64,000 bases of DNA from Lama guanicoe. Taxonomy: Eukaryota. Under the pieces are notes generated by a model, which saw nothing but the letters and a program-made list of their open reading frames with translations, was not told where the DNA came from and made no database searches. The stretch spans positions 285,098-349,097 of the forward strand of contig MU054096.1 of the NCBI GenBank assembly GCA_013239625.1, in the 5' to 3' direction. Positions 62,630 through 64,000 of this stretch are shown piece by piece. A program made the position numbers and the translations under genes. The stretch's first letter is position 1. Each line of letters begins with the position of its first letter.

Positions 62630-62770
62630 ACTTGGAAACTTGCAGGCTGTCATTGGCTGCTTTATATACATGAGGCCAGGGAGGGGCTTTGCGGCCCCAC
62701 AGCCTCGGGACCCTCCTATTGGCTGGTGGAGGTGACACTAATTCAATTAGGCATTTACTAATTGGATCAA
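62630..62770 (-). promoter_or_regulatory. EOMES: EOMES core promoter
   Basis: Minus-strand TATATAAA at 62668-62661; CCAAT at 62722-62718 and 62765-62761; TAAT motifs at 62738-62751; inferred TSS near 62635. Confidence 0.75.
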
Positions 62771-64000
62771 GTCGCCTGCGACTTTCTTTTCCTTTAGCAT
62801 GATCTTTTTTTATTTTTTTTAATTTGAGACTCTGTCCTGCTGTGAGAATCAATCCTGGGGTCTGTATTAAGCTGGAGTTTAGGGGAACAGGGTCTCCATA
62901 GCAGGGTTCGTGCTTGGCACAGAAGTTGTCGAGTTGTCGCGGCGCTCTGAGCGGGTGATGTGGGGGTGGGAGAGGGTTTCAGAGGCCGGAGGTAGAAATG
63001 CTCTCCAAGCTGATGGCCTGCAGGGAGGCACCGGTCCCCGAGGGTGGGAATCTGGGGCGAGCTGGAGAGAGGCCCAAGCGAAGTCTCTTTCCTCGACAGG
63101 GGCTGAAACTTCAGGCACGCTGTCCTCCTGATTGGGGAGGGCTCTCTGGCTTCCGACACGCAGGAACCACTTTTTGTTCGTCCCATTCTTTTACTCAGTG
63201 GGAAGCGTTTGTGGAGAGGAACCTGGCGTTCGGCTTTTGGGATTCTGGAGACGGCGAGAGCACACTGCCATCCTTGACGACCGAAGCCTGCAGCTTTCTG
63301 AATCAGATGCCCCAGTGCGGTGGGATACCGGGGCCACCCTCATCCCCACTCTAGCACGCCTGCTTTCAGGAGGCAATCACTCTCATTCCCTGCAATTTAA
63401 AATCCACGCCGTTCGGTTTCCCTGAATCCCAGATCCCATCCCCCTGTCCCTCTCATCTTCAGTTGGGCCTGACACCGAGAAACAAAGGTTCCCCAGCAGC
63501 CGCGCGGTTAAGATTCCCTGCGCCTCTCCTCTGCTGCGCAACACAGAAGGTGGAATAATTAGTGAAATAATCAGTTTGATATTGAATTAAGCCCTTTTGC
63601 CCCAGCTGCCTGTTTCTCCCCCTGCGTTTCAGCAGACAGCAGAATCAAGAGTGGTGCCGTCATATTTTATTGTTTTATTAATACAGAAGGTGTGGGGCAC
63701 GTTTCCTTGCGGATAAGAAGAAGCCTGAATGTTTGCTGTGAATAAGCAATTACAGACGCGGCATGTAGTCGCCCCGGGAGCGCATTTTCCGGCTGAGATG
63801 TCAGGACTCCGCTTCCCCCACCGAACGCGATCACGCGGGAAACTCTACACCGGGCGGTCGCTGGATTTGTTGAGCGCGCACACGCCGGTGCAGAGCGTCT
63901 TGAAGCTTTCCAACCTAGGTTCAGCCCTCAGCAGCATCAATATTGGCACGTCTGGGTTAGAGAGCGAGGCGATCCTGAATGCACTCGAATGCTCCAGAGC

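Overview
Mammalian genomic DNA, almost certainly from a camelid: it carries ten copies of a tRNA-derived SINE resembling vic-1 and many closely related L1 3' ends. The only protein-coding gene is EOMES (eomesodermin/TBR2, a T-box transcription factor) on the minus strand. It has six GT-AG coding exons (62231-61339, 60341-60187, 59368-59247, 58777-58619, 58528-58467, 57497-56759), giving 709 aa, or 690 aa via an alternative acceptor at 57440. It also has a TATA/CCAAT promoter near 62.66 kb, CpG islands on both sides and a ~1.1 kb 3'UTR. The remaining ~52 kb is the gene-poor region downstream of EOMES, made of L1, LTR, MIR/L2 and DNA-transposon fossils interspersed with several repeat-free, motif-dense blocks that look like enhancers. 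I found no clearly new biological system. The best leads are an unidentified GC-rich retrocopy-like segment at 29.5-30.6 kb whose frame reopens when an L1 insertion is removed, an L1 3' transduction with intact target-site duplication (TSD), three inverted (twin-primed) insertions, a T-box/GATA/SMAD block about 8.5 kb downstream of the TSS, an oriented CTCF site, an AP-1-rich orphan CpG island, and an N-gap in intron 5 that looks like an assembly artefact. Repeat family names are from recalled consensus sequences, not a database search.
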